A model generated the notes under the pieces. It saw only the letters and a program-made list of their open reading frames with translations. It ran no database searches and was not told where the DNA came from. The translations under genes and the position numbers were made by a program. This document shows, in pieces, positions 40,401-46,601 of a DNA stretch of 64,000 nt. Location of the stretch: NCBI RefSeq assembly GCF_020073745.1, contig NZ_JAIRAU010000002.1, positions 17,694 through 81,693 on the forward strand, written 5' to 3'. The stretch is from Nannocystis pusilla. Lineage in GTDB: Bacteria; Myxococcota_A; Polyangia; Nannocystales; Nannocystaceae. Each line of letters starts with the position of its first letter. The stretch's first letter is position 1.

Positions 40401-42708
40401 TCACCTCCGCGGCGAGCATCGTCTGCAACGCCGCACCGCGCTCCGCTGCGGGCAGCGACGAGACGTCCTCCACGCGGATCGGGATCCGCACGTCGTCGGA
40501 CACCTCCCGCTTCGGCGTTCCGTCCACCTCCGGATAGGTCGTGCGGAGGATCTGGTGGCGCAATGCCAGCGCGCGCACGCTCTCCTCGAGCGCCGGAGCA
40601 CACAGCGCGGACGCGACCTCGAACACGTGCGGGATCTGGTACGACCTCGCCTCGGGCGACAACTTCTCCAGGAACCAGATCCGCCGCTCGGTGCCCGACA
40701 CGCCCTCGAACGGCGCCTCGCCGTCCGCTCGCGGCGAGAGGCCGATCTGCGGCCGCTCCGCTCTCGTGTCCCAGAGAGCAGCCAGCGCCTCGATCGTCGG
40801 GTTGCGAAGCAGCGTCGCCAGGCTCGGCGCACCCCCGAGTCGCGTCTGGACAGCCGATACGACACGGAAAGCGAGGAGCGAGTGACCACCCAGCAGGAAG
40901 AAATTGTCGCTGACGCCGATGGGGCGGACCTCGAGCAGCTCTTCCCAGATGGCGACGAGGGCGCGCTCGACGTCGGTCCGCGGGGCCACGTAGGTCGCTG
41001 CCGCGCCGCGGGTCGTGTCGGGGGAGGGCAGGGCCTTGCGATCGACCTTGCCGTTGGGGTTCAGCGGCAGCGCGTCGAGGCAGACGAACGCAGAGGGGAC
41101 CATGTACTCCGGCACCCTCTTGCCGAGCCAGTCCCGCAGCGCGTTCGCCGTGGCGTCGTCGCCGACCACGTAAGCCACGAGCCGCTTGTCGCCGGTAGCA
41201 TCCTCGCGAGCCACGACCACGCAGCCGCGCACCGACGGGTGAGCCGCGAGTGCGGCCTCGATCTCGCCGAGCTCGATGCGGAAGCCGCGGATCTTGACCT
41301 GGTGGTCGATGCGGCCGAGGAACTCGAGGGCGCCGTCGTCGCGGAAGCGCGCGAGGTCGCCGGTGCGATACATGCGTGCGCCGGCCTCGAGCGCGAACGG
41401 ATCGGGCACGAATCGCTCCGCGGTCAGCCCGGGGCGGCTGAGGTAGCCGCGTGCGAGCTGCACGCCCGCCAGATACAGCTCGCCTGCGACTCCGACGGGG
41501 ACAGGGCGAAACGCAGCGTCGAGCACGTAAGTGCGCGTGTTGTCGATCGGGCGCCCGATGGGCACCGGCCCTGTCTCGTCGGGCCGGCAGGCGTGGCTCG
41601 TCACGTCGATGGCGGCTTCGGTCGGGCCGTAGAGGTTGTGGAGCTCGCCGCGGCAGCCCGCATACCAGGCCTCGCGCAAGTGCCCGGGCAACGCCTCGCC
41701 GCTGGCGAAGACGTGGCGGAGCGACGCGCGCTCCCGGGGCTCGGTCGCCGCCAGGAACACGCCGAGCATGGACGGTACGAAGTGCGCCACGGTGACGCCG
41801 GTGGCCGCGATGAGGGCCGCGAGGTAGCGGGGATCCTTGTGCCCCTCGGGCGCGGCGATCACCATGCGGGCGCCCTCGAGCAGAGGCCACCACAGCTCCC
41901 AGCCCGAGACGTCGAACGACAGCGGCGTCTTCTGCAAGACGGCGTCGCTCGCGTTCAAGCCGTAGGCCCGCTGCATCCAGCGGAGGCGGTTGTAGAGTCC
42001 GCGATGGGTGTTGAGGACGCCCTTGGGCCGGCCTGTCGAGCCCGACGTGTAGATGACGTAGATGGCGTGATCCGGCCCGACGTGGACGACAGGGGACGTA
42101 CGCGGCTGGTGCTGCCAGGTGGGCGCATCGAGCTGCACGACCACCACCTCGTGCGCCGGGAGGCTGTCACGCAGGCGCGACTGCGTGAGCAGCACGGCGG
42201 GTCGCGCGTCCTCCAGCATGAAGGCCAGCCGTTCGCGCGGATAGCTCGGGTCGAGCGGCACGTAGGCCCCGCCCGCCTTCAGGATCGCCAGCAGCCCGAC
42301 GAGCATCTCGAGGGACCGCTCGACGCACAGCCCGACCAGCACCTCCGGCCCCACGCCCAGCCCGCGGAGGTGATGGGCCAGCTGGTTCGAGCGCTCGTCG
42401 AGCTCGCGGTACGTCAGCCGCTCTTCGCCGAACACCAGCGCCACGGCGTCCGGTGTCCGCGCGGCCTGGTCCGCGAACAGCTCGTGGACGCACCTCGCCG
42501 GGGGATACGCCACCCCGGTGTCGTTCCACGCCGCCAGCTGACGCAGCTCGTCCGAGGTGAGCTGCGGCAGGTGCTCGATCGGGCTGTTCGGGTCGGCCAC
42601 GGCGGCCCAGCGGAGCACGTCCCCGGCGTCGTCCTGCTGCGCCGCGACATTCTGCTCCGACCTCGGCTCGATCCCCCGAACGTTCCAGCTCTCGTCGTGC
42701 ATGCTCAT
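25399..42708 (-). CDS. Non-ribosomal peptide synthetase, five modules: A-T | C-A-T-E | C-A-T | C-A-T | C-A-T-E (5769 aa)
   Basis: Five sets of A-domain motifs (LTYRELDERSNQLA, YTSGSTGRPKG / FTSGSTGKPKP, NxYGPTE, GELYLAGVQLARGYL, YRTGDL, VKIRGFRIELGEIE). Five T domains (DNFFxLGG[HD]S[IL]L). Three C domains with HHIITDEWS and one with HHILADGWS following the first E domain. Two E domains (LTPxQxWF ... HHLVxDGVSWRI). No TE. The N-terminal 50 aa look like the tail of a C-A linker. Confidence 0.95.
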   Translation of the reverse strand: MSMHDESWNVRGIEPRSEQNVAAQQDDAGDVLRWAAVADPNSPIEHLPQLTSDELRQLAAWNDTGVAYPPARCVHELFADQAARTPDAVALVFGEERLTYRELDERSNQLAHHLRGLGVGPEVLVGLCVERSLEMLVGLLAILKAGGAYVPLDPSYPRERLAFMLEDARPAVLLTQSRLRDSLPAHEVVVVQLDAPTWQHQPRTSPVVHVGPDHAIYVIYTSGSTGRPKGVLNTHRGLYNRLRWMQRAYGLNASDAVLQKTPLSFDVSGWELWWPLLEGARMVIAAPEGHKDPRYLAALIAATGVTVAHFVPSMLGVFLAATEPRERASLRHVFASGEALPGHLREAWYAGCRGELHNLYGPTEAAIDVTSHACRPDETGPVPIGRPIDNTRTYVLDAAFRPVPVGVAGELYLAGVQLARGYLSRPGLTAERFVPDPFALEAGARMYRTGDLARFRDDGALEFLGRIDHQVKIRGFRIELGEIEAALAAHPSVRGCVVVAREDATGDKRLVAYVVGDDATANALRDWLGKRVPEYMVPSAFVCLDALPLNPNGKVDRKALPSPDTTRGAAATYVAPRTDVERALVAIWEELLEVRPIGVSDNFFLLGGHSLLAFRVVSAVQTRLGGAPSLATLLRNPTIEALAALWDTRAERPQIGLSPRADGEAPFEGVSGTERRIWFLEKLSPEARSYQIPHVFEVASALCAPALEESVRALALRHQILRTTYPEVDGTPKREVSDDVRIPIRVEDVSSLPAAERGAALQTMLAAEVKDRFDLERGPLTRVLAVKTAADRHVVVVHQHHIITDEWSWGLLLAELSSLYEASRRGETLALPALACQYSDYARAEGTALAGDGLAASRAYWKEALSDVPRLDLSIVAPASGAVSGLEGQVSLRLPPETSRQLQALAHEHAATPFMAWYAALTAVLSRYSGQQDFGLGAVVANRQLVGTEAMLGFFTNTVVLRTDLSGDPTFGELLARARRTALDAYEHQALPFDVVVQDQGLSRQAGENPLFDVTFFEVTPPAAAAGWSPRLGAVPQGVMTAKNALAVTVQHTVEGTVVEVLYDTTRVSRTAAARLCGHLKTLVTDAAAHPDRRVSQLELLTDEETEKLAAWNDTPPIDPAARCIHELIAEQAVRAPQAVALEQDGLSLSYGEFEAQANRLAHHLRSLGVGPEVRVALCVERSFDMVVGLVAILKAGGAFVPLDPSYPPDRLSLLLAEAEAPVLLTHADIEGRLSAPGVTVVRLDVDAAQWASRPITPPASGVTLEHANYVVFTSGSTGKPKPVINEHRGLAARVAFQRRHIVVHPGDRILFSAAIAFDGAIVDWVISLCNGATCVLPSNAYDAVEGIAECLEHRAITFSFIPPAMLRVLRCRAPALRHITLAGDSTPPALVAQWAEGRQVLNSYGPTEFSIFAAQAWFDPSRPERFSIGRPVHGVRLYLLDAAKRQVPLGMPGEIHLAGVGLARGYLNRPAMTAERFVPDPFSNEPGARMYCTGDLARWNEDGELEFLGRVDHQVKIRGFRVELGEVEAALSSHAAVASCVVVARQDTPGNSRLVAYVVAKDSALAVGSLREHLRNNLPDYMLPSAFVFLDALPLSANGKVDRKALPAPKDTRQAGETAHVAPRTEAERALAEVWSEVLRAPSVGIHDNFFSLGGDSILAIQVVGRAKRAGLHVTVRDMFMHQTVAELVQVARRSSAAVAEQAVTGAASLTPSQQWFLGKTPEEAHHFNQACMWTPSPGLSPGIVTEALKVVLRQHDALRLRYHHAESGWVQSHAEEVALPLERVDLSAVPPRARRAAVEASADALQSGLSLSAGPVARAAWLDLGEEGTRLLLVVHHLVVDGVSWRILHEDLERACEALLTGRTPELAAKTTSFRQWSERLHAFVAARGLSQELGFWRAQCARGITPLPLDHEAALGTVGDGRTVDVELSEAETRALLHDVSAAYRTEINDVLLSALAAALSAFCKTDTVCVTLEGHGREAPLEDVDVSRTVGWFTSMFPVWLTVPEADDPAALLKGVKEQLRAVPNRGFGYGWLRYAHADEAVRAALSVDPPVVFNYLGQFDMEAQGRGMLGPAAESTGSTTSSRMELWHALAVNGGVWQGRLRFAWTYSSATHDRATVERLAARFVAALRRLIAHCAANEAFGYTPSDFPLARLGQQALDGLFETTRDVESVYPLSPLQAGLLFHALNEPESPTYTVQLALQLGGDVDAAALECAWKTVLARHAVYRTSFVWQGVPEPLQVVRKSVAFAMPTYDWSSLDAVEAETRWEALRREERAAGFDFGRAPLARVVLVRMPGGRTWMLKTTHHILADGWSMPVVLGELQAAYAAHHGGRPLALPEPVAYERYIAWLATRDHTASSAFFAEYLAGVEEPTRLPFPPPAEATREHAQRDTSLTAAETEVVTAFARRRGLTLNTVVQGALAQLLGRITGRTDVVFGMTTAGRSAPIRGIERMVGLFINTLPLRARWSGSEGVVEWLQRLQAEQVELRVHEATPLYEVQRASAVGGGRALFDTLLIFENYPVDEAAQQAEVLPIEDFSAFEQTSYPLAITVAAGTTLDLRWMWAPAALRGEDIERLWGHLRTVLLDMVAHPDRRLAELGLLTEAEHAKLAAWNDTAVAYPPARCVHELFADQAARTPDAVALVFGEERLTYRELDERSNQLAHHLRGLGVGPEVLVGLCVERSLEMLVGLLAILKAGGAYVPLDPSYPRERLAFMLEDARPAVLLTQSRLRDSLPAHEVVVVQLDAPTWQHQPRTSPVVHVGPDHAIYVIYTSGSTGRPKGVLNTHRGLYNRLRWMQRAYGLNASDAVLQKTPLSFDVSGWELWWPLLEGARMVIAAPEGHKDPRYLAALIAATGVTVAHFVPSMLGVFLAATEPRERASLRHVFASGEALPGHLREAWYAASRGELHNLYGPTEAAIDVTSHACRPDETGPVPIGRPIDNTRTYVLDAAFRPVPVGVAGELYLSGVQLARGYLSRPGLTAERFVPDPFALEAGARMYRTGDLARFRGDGALEFLGRIDHQVKIRGFRIELGEIEAALAAHPSVRDCVVVAREDATGDKRLVAYVVGDDATASALREWLGARVPEYMVPSAFVCLDALPLNPNGKVDRKVLPSPDTTRGAAETYVAPRTDVERALVAIWEELLDVRPIGVDDDFFALGGHSLLAVRVVSAVKARLGLGLTLATLLQRPTVAALAALLDGIATRPTPGAALSPSPRGVAEPAYAGLSGTERRIWFVDKLAPEARSYQVPHVFVVRGALSEPALRQSVKRLAERQEILRTTYPEVDGVPTRMVADSVSIPLRLEDVSALSEAARELALRAHLEAEIAVPFDLATGPLTRVLVVSLEAERHVVLVLQHHIITDEWSSGVLLSELSRLYEACCRGETAALPALSYQFADHARAEQEALTTGGFAASRAHWKDRLAGVPRLELPIVRTTPGRGPEASVALGVPLAASRGLQALARDHGCTPFMAWYAALAAVLSRYSGQSDFGLGAVIANREAPGTADLLGFFTNTVVLRTDLSGDPTFGELLARARRTALDAYEHQALPFDVVVQDQGLARQAGENPLFDVTFFEVTPPASDAAVGWSPLLGGVPQGLATAKNALAVSVQHTAEGTVVEVLYDTTRVSRTAAERLCGHLRTLVTDAAAHPDRRVSQLELLTDEETEKLAAWNDTPPIDPAARCIHELIAEQAVRAPQAVALEQDGRQLSYGEFEAQANRLAHHLRSLGVGPEVRVALCVERSFDMVVGLVASLKAGGAFVPLDPSYPPDRLSLLLAEAEAPVLLTHADVRLSAPGVTVVRLDVDAAQWASQPITPPASGVTREHANYVVFTSGSTGKPKPVINEHRGLAARVAFQRRHIVVHPGDRILFSAAIAFDGAIVDWMLSLCNGATCVLPSNAYDAVEGIAECLEHRAITFSFIPPAMLRVLRCRAPALRHITLAGDRTPPALVAQWAEGRQVLNSYGPTECSIFAAQAWFDPSRPQRFSIGRPVHGVRLYLLDAAKRQVPIGMPGEIHLAGVGLARGYLRRPAMTAERFVPDPFSNEPGARMYCTGDLARWNEDGELEFLGRVDHQVKIRGFRVELGEVEAALSSHAAVASCVVVARQDTPGNSRLVAYVVAKDSALAAAVLREHLRSDLPDHMLPSAFVFLDALPLSANGKVDRKALPSPEATRGADETFTAPRTEVERALVAIWEELLDVRPIGIDDDFFALGGHSLLAVRVASAVKTRLGLGLTLATLLQRPTIAALAALLVGIETRPGPALAPSPRGAAEPAYAGLSGTERRIWFVDKLAPEARSYQVPHVFVVRGALSEPALRESVKQLAERQEILRTTYPEVDGVLTRTVADGASIPMRVEDVSTLSEAVREAALRAHLEAEIAARFDLATGPLTRVLVVSLEAERHVVLVLQHHIITDEWSSGVLLSELSRLYEACCRGEAAALPALSYQFADHARAEQEALTTGGFAASRAYWKDKLASVPRLELPIVRAAPARGPGVEASVALRVSLEASRGLQALARAHGCTPFMAWYAALTAVLSRYSGQTDFGIGAVVANREVPGTADLLGFFTNTVVLRTDLSGDPTFAELLARARRTALETYEHQALPFDVVVQDQGLSRQAGENPLFDVTFFEVTPPTTPAAAGWSPLLDAVPTGVVTAKQALALGVLHDADGTEVSLTYDTTRVDAGAVERLGRHLQVLVQDGVLHPDRRLSQLDLLTEAEQAELAAWNDTAATCPAERCIHELFEEQARRTPAAVALVFGEQQLTYRELDERSNRLAHHLRGLGVGPEVLVALCVERSLEMVVGLLGILKAGGAYVPLDPSYPRERLAFMLTDARPAVLLTQARLRDSLPPHEVVTVHLDAGTPVWQQPRTSPAVAVGPDHTSYVLYTSGSTGRPKGVQILHAALTNLLHSFAEQTGIGPRDAMLAVTSMSFDIAGLELFMPLIRGASIHLASRDDASNGEALVRALDRATMMQATPATWRMVLDAGWDGERPLQVLCGGEAMTPDLAVELARRASSVWNAYGPTETTIWSALSRVDSGRSAVRLGRGIANTQLHVVDKHLRQTPVGVPGELYIGGAGLARGYLGRPELTAERFVPDPFSAAPGARMYRTGDLVRWDANGELEFLGRIDHQVKIRGFRIELGEIEAVLSSHPSVRACAVVMWEPASGDRRLVAYVVLGESGCTDDALREHLGAALPTYMIPSLFARLTALPLSPSGKVDRKALPPPDATRDAAETSCVAPRTEVERVLAELWSAVLQRSPLGIHDNFFSLGGDSILAIQVIGRAKRAGLHLTARDMFTHQTVAQLALVVRRDSAVLAEQEAVVGTVPLTPIQHWFLDGDPVDAHHYCPAMRWTPPSALSPEIAAEALRIVAKQHDAVRLRYRRAASGWVQEHEAGATVVLERVDLSALDRSARDAAAAEAVARLQRGMDLSRGPICRAAWLDLGEAGAQLVLVMHHLVTDGVSWRIVCEDLQHTCDALLAGRTPELGPKTTSLRQWSERLHAFIAGGGLSQELGYWQAQCARRVTPIVRDRYGAPGTFGDSRTVEAELSPADTSALLRAVGSAHGTEIDAVLLSALASALSAASGTDTVCVALQHHGREPVVADVDVSRTLGWFSSLIPLWLSVPPGCDPGVLLNDVKEQLRSVPGRGLGYGWLRYAHPDANVRASLSVPMPVVFNYLGQYEAGSPWTFDGTAHTSISPNMALYHELVVSCIVVDGRLRLGWSFSRAVHETSTIERMAGAFLASLRRLIACCSSMDAFGGAPSGSSGGRREDTSWN

Positions 42709-42950
42709 GCGAAGTCCTGATCGATTCCCCGGGCATCCATCCGCGCGCAGGCCATACCGAGCGTCGTGCCGAGCATGGGATGCACCATGCTGTGTCGCCC
42801 TCGCTGACGCCCTGCAACGGTCCGGAGCTTGCCGTCATCGAGGAAGGCCGTGTTCACATTCGGCTCGTCTCCGAAGAGAGAAAAGACATCATCAGAAATG
42901 GCGGATTGATCGGGGAAATCGAACGAGCCGTGGAGCTCGCGTCATCGAGC

Positions 42951-42990
42951 GGTGGGCGGGCGCCCGCCGGGCGCCCAATAGGCGCCCGCC
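42951..42990. terminator. GC-rich perfect 14-nt palindrome GGCGGGCGCCCGCC plus adjacent GGCGCC...GGCGCC hairpin, downstream of the MCO gene and upstream of the NRPS start
   Basis: GGCGGGCGCCCGCC equals its own reverse complement. It lies in the 459-nt gap between the MCO stop (43168) and the NRPS start (42708). Could be a terminator/attenuator or operator. No clean U-tract follows. Confidence 0.25.
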
Positions 42991-43167
42991 TGGCCGGTGT
43001 GGAGCGCGATGGCACGCATGCTCGCGTGCGTCGGCGAGCGCCAGCACGGCCGTCTGCGATCCACGGATCACCACGGGTATTCGACGCAGTGGTCGAGGGC
43101 GCCGAAGCTCATGGCGGATCGTTTCGGAGAGGTTCGGGGGCGTCGTTCTCCGTGGATGGAAGGGGGC

Positions 43168-45117
43168 TCATTCGCTCTCGCAAGCGGCGTCCACCGGCGG
43201 CGCCGGGCAGGCCGCCTGCTGCACCTCGACGAGCTGCATCATGCCTTCATCCTCGTGCTCCAGGATGTGGCAGTGCAGCACGTACTGCCCCTGGAAATGC
43301 AGGAAGCGCGACAGGAACGTGAGGGTGCCGTCGGCGTTCGTGCCGCTCGTGGGTATGAGACACGTGTCGCGCCAGACAGGGTATGCCGGACTCTTCCCGT
43401 TGATGGACGTCACGAGGAACGAGTTGACATGGATGTGGAAGGGATGAATCGACTCTCCCGCCGTATCGGTGAATTTGTTGATGATTGTCCATTCCTCCAC
43501 GGCGTCGAGGAGGATGCACTGATCGACGCGGCCCTCGCAGAACGTCCTGCCGTCGATGAGGAAGTGCGCTCCGTCGGCGTCCTGGGTCACCGCGAATTCG
43601 ACCTGACGTGTGTTCGTGACCGCGTTACCAGGCTTCGACATGTCGTCGAACGACGGGTAAAGCGCCGGCGGCGTGAGCACCTGCGGGATCTGGAGGCTCG
43701 TGTCCGGCTTCCCCGAGACGACCACGGTGGCGAGGACCTGCGGCGCCCAGCAGACGAAGTCGAGGTAGCCGAGCGCCACCATCTGGTAGGTGCCCGCCTC
43801 GAATTGGACGAGCATGTCCACGCGGCCCCCCGGCGGGATGACGTACTCGACCTCGGAGACGGGGTCGGCGAGCGGCATCTTCAGGGGGGCGCCGTACGTG
43901 ATCCCGTCCGTCGCGACCTGGTAGTACGTGGCCGACTTCGCTCGCAGCGCGTCCCGGTCGAGCATGGGTGGGCCGTTCGACGAGGCGCAAGAATAGCCAA
44001 ATGGATCATAGCCGGGCTTCGGCAACGACGTCGCGGTGTCCACCTGATCGTCCGGCACGCGGAGGAAGGCGACGTCCAGCGGGGCACGAAAGCCCGTGTG
44101 CAGCACACGAAGACGCTGCACCTCGCCCGGGCGCATGCGAAGGATCGGATTCAGCTGGCCGTTGATGTGGAAGAAATCCTCGACGCCAGGAGGGAGGGGA
44201 CCGGAGTGGCCCATCTCCCCATACGTAGCGAGGCGGGTCTTCCCGTCGCATGAATCCTCGGTCTGGATCATGAACTCGCCGACGACGAGGAGTTGCTCCT
44301 TGCCCTGCCCCGGACCGGGCTCGGTAGAGAACAGCTTGTCGAGGTCGTCTCGCTCTTCGTCGCGAATGATGATCGCCCCGACCATGCCGCCCGCCACCTG
44401 GATCGCCGTCGATCCGTGCATGTGCGGGTGATACCAGTAGGTTCCGGCGGGATGATTGGCCTTCGTCCCGTCCGGCATCTCGATGTCTCGCGGGATATCG
44501 AAGACGAAGTCGTAGCTTTGACCAGGACCGATCGCCAGGAAGACGTCGTCTCCGGGCGGCCCGGGATCGACGTGCAGGCCGTGCGTGTGGAGGTTGGTCG
44601 TGTTGTTGTGGGTGCCCGCGCCGTGCCCGCCGCCGCCGTGCCCGCCGCTGCCCCCGCCCATGGCGCAGTCGGGGGGGTCCACGGCGCTGCTGTCGTCCGG
44701 AAGGCCGTTGATGAGCTTCAGCTTGAGCTGATCACCCGGGCGGAGCTCGATGCTCGGGCCCGGGACCGTCCCCGTATACGTCGTCGTATCGCCGAGGCTC
44801 GACTCCCCGTGATTGACCTTGAGACCCGTGTACGCGCGGGTCATGAACGTATACTGGCCGACCGTCACCTCGGTCTCGGTGATGGTCAGCTCGATATCGA
44901 GGACGCCGTCCCGGGAGCGGACGCTGGCGGGCGTGAAGAGCTCGGCGTTCTCGACCGGCTGCGGATTGTCGTCATCGACCGAGCTGCAGCCTGTGAGATC
45001 GGGCAGCAAGATGCCGGCGCCGAGCGTGGCGCCCACCCTGAGGAAGCCGCGTCGATCGAGCGTCAGCGCGACATGGGACGGGTTGTTGCCAGTCGAAGGT
45101 TTTCTCTGAAAGGTCAT
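43168..45117 (-). CDS. Multicopper oxidase with a Tat signal peptide
   Basis: RRGFLRVGATLGAGILL twin-arginine signal. Copper-site motifs HTHGLHV, WYHPHMHG, HCHILEHEDEGMM. Confidence 0.85.
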   Translation of the reverse strand: MTFQRKPSTGNNPSHVALTLDRRGFLRVGATLGAGILLPDLTGCSSVDDDNPQPVENAELFTPASVRSRDGVLDIELTITETEVTVGQYTFMTRAYTGLKVNHGESSLGDTTTYTGTVPGPSIELRPGDQLKLKLINGLPDDSSAVDPPDCAMGGGSGGHGGGGHGAGTHNNTTNLHTHGLHVDPGPPGDDVFLAIGPGQSYDFVFDIPRDIEMPDGTKANHPAGTYWYHPHMHGSTAIQVAGGMVGAIIIRDEERDDLDKLFSTEPGPGQGKEQLLVVGEFMIQTEDSCDGKTRLATYGEMGHSGPLPPGVEDFFHINGQLNPILRMRPGEVQRLRVLHTGFRAPLDVAFLRVPDDQVDTATSLPKPGYDPFGYSCASSNGPPMLDRDALRAKSATYYQVATDGITYGAPLKMPLADPVSEVEYVIPPGGRVDMLVQFEAGTYQMVALGYLDFVCWAPQVLATVVVSGKPDTSLQIPQVLTPPALYPSFDDMSKPGNAVTNTRQVEFAVTQDADGAHFLIDGRTFCEGRVDQCILLDAVEEWTIINKFTDTAGESIHPFHIHVNSFLVTSINGKSPAYPVWRDTCLIPTSGTNADGTLTFLSRFLHFQGQYVLHCHILEHEDEGMMQLVEVQQAACPAPPVDAACESE

Positions 45118-45231
45118 GGCGGGCTCTCGAGCCTCGGGGTGGATGGGCCCGCCCGGTTCAGGTTTCGTCGGAGGACGACCGGTGATTGCGGGGCTCGAGG
45201 GTGAAGAGCCAGGACCACCCCGTTGCGATCC

Positions 45232-45251
45232 AAAAAACTTCGAACTTTTTT
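45232..45251. promoter_or_regulatory. AT-rich 20-nt near-palindrome AAAAAACTTCGAACTTTTTT in a divergent promoter region
   Basis: 18 of 20 positions are palindromic around the TTCGAA centre, a striking AT island in ~70% GC DNA. It sits between the MCO/NRPS gene start (45117, -) and the lipoprotein gene (45572, +). Confidence 0.35.
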
Positions 45252-45571
45252 CGCGCCCTTGCGCCGACCGTTTTCGCGCTTCTGGGCTCCCTGATCGAGC
45301 GCCACGACCTCGCGCTGTTGGTCGAGTTCATGCGCTCGACCTGGCGCACCGCCGAATTCGCCGAGTTCGCGCCGATCTTCGCCGAGGTGTTCGGCGAGCC
45401 GCTCGAGGCGGCGATGGCCGGTCTCGAGGTCGTGGGTTCGTGCCTCGACCCCGGCGGCCACGGCCCCGAGCACCAGCTGTCCCGAAGGACATCTAGCTCT
45501 CCTGCGGCCACGGACCGCGATCACCCCGCGCTTGCCTGCGCCTTGCGGCCTCTCTAGCCTGTCGGGACCCG

Positions 45572-46408
45572 ATGTCGCGCCGCCGGAGCTCGCCATGGAC
45601 CTTCGCCCGGAGCGCCCTCGTGCTCGTCACCGCCTGTCGCCCCGCGCCCGCGACCGTCGTGGCGGCTCCGAGCCCCCCAGAGCGCGCGTCGCCGCGGCCC
45701 GGCACCGCGATCGACCTGTGCGCCGATCCGCCGGCCGCCTTCGCCAGCTACCGCTGGCTCCCCAACGAGGTCTTCACCCTCGTCACGGTGCGCCCCGACG
45801 AGCCCGCGCTCGCGACCTCGCTGCGGGCGCTCGAAGCGCGGGCCACCAACGCCTTCGGCGACGCGACACTCGCGTTCCCGGACCACTTCGCCCGCGAGCT
45901 CCCGCAGGTCCGCGCCCTGCTCGCGCGGGCAGGGCTGCGCCCCGCGGAGCTGGTGTTCCTCGGGGCCGGCGACACCGAGGCGTGGGCCGCCCCGCGGCTG
46001 TGCGGAGCCGACGCCCTGCGCCGCGCCAGCGCAGCCATGGGCCTGCGCGTGCGCGAGGTCCAGGCCCCGCTCGCGGCCGTGATCGCCGAACCAAGCGCGT
46101 CGGGGTACGCCCTCCTGCAGCTCGCGTCCGGCGGACCGCTGTGGATCGCCCAGGCGGACCGGCTCGAGAGGCTGCAGTCGTGGCTGGCCGTCCTGTCCGG
46201 CGACGTCGGCGAGTACTACGCCGAGTGGCTGCGCGACCCGGAGCGGCGAGGCACCCTGCGCGTCCTCGACACCGACCCCTTCCCCCCGGGCGCGGTGGAC
46301 GTGCTGGTCTGCGTGACCACGCGGAAGACCGCCGTGACGGGCGCCGAGGTCGACCACGGCGCGGACATCACCGAGGTCTTCATCACCGCGCGCAAGCCCG
46401 GGACGTGA
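45572..46408 (+). CDS. Lipoprotein, unknown function
   Basis: Signal peptide with lipobox LVTAC. 278 aa, high GC3. Confidence 0.5.
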   Translation: MSRRRSSPWTFARSALVLVTACRPAPATVVAAPSPPERASPRPGTAIDLCADPPAAFASYRWLPNEVFTLVTVRPDEPALATSLRALEARATNAFGDATLAFPDHFARELPQVRALLARAGLRPAELVFLGAGDTEAWAAPRLCGADALRRASAAMGLRVREVQAPLAAVIAEPSASGYALLQLASGGPLWIAQADRLERLQSWLAVLSGDVGEYYAEWLRDPERRGTLRVLDTDPFPPGAVDVLVCVTTRKTAVTGAEVDHGADITEVFITARKPGT

Positions 46409-46601
46409 GGCCCGATGCCAGTCCCCGAGCGGGCTCGGGAGGGGTCAGGAGGGGTCGCTGCTCCTCTCGCAGAACGCCGATGATAGGGGCGTTCGGCCAG
46501 CGGTCGTGCGGATCTCGGGCCACGATGGGACCGACGCGCAGCGCGGCCGGCGTGGCGGAGCACAGGCGAGGGCTGCTCGGAATGGTGCGGCGTCGCGGCG
46601 A

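Noticed and set aside
25390-42720. Long plus-strand ORFs (25390..28800, 28927..30438, 31351..33066, 33217..35649, 36292..38952, 40306..42720 and many shorter ones)
   Set aside because: These are antisense shadow ORFs of the NRPS in high-GC DNA. Their translations are Arg/Ala/Gly/Asp-rich with no domain signatures, and duplicated copies merely mirror the NRPS internal repeats.
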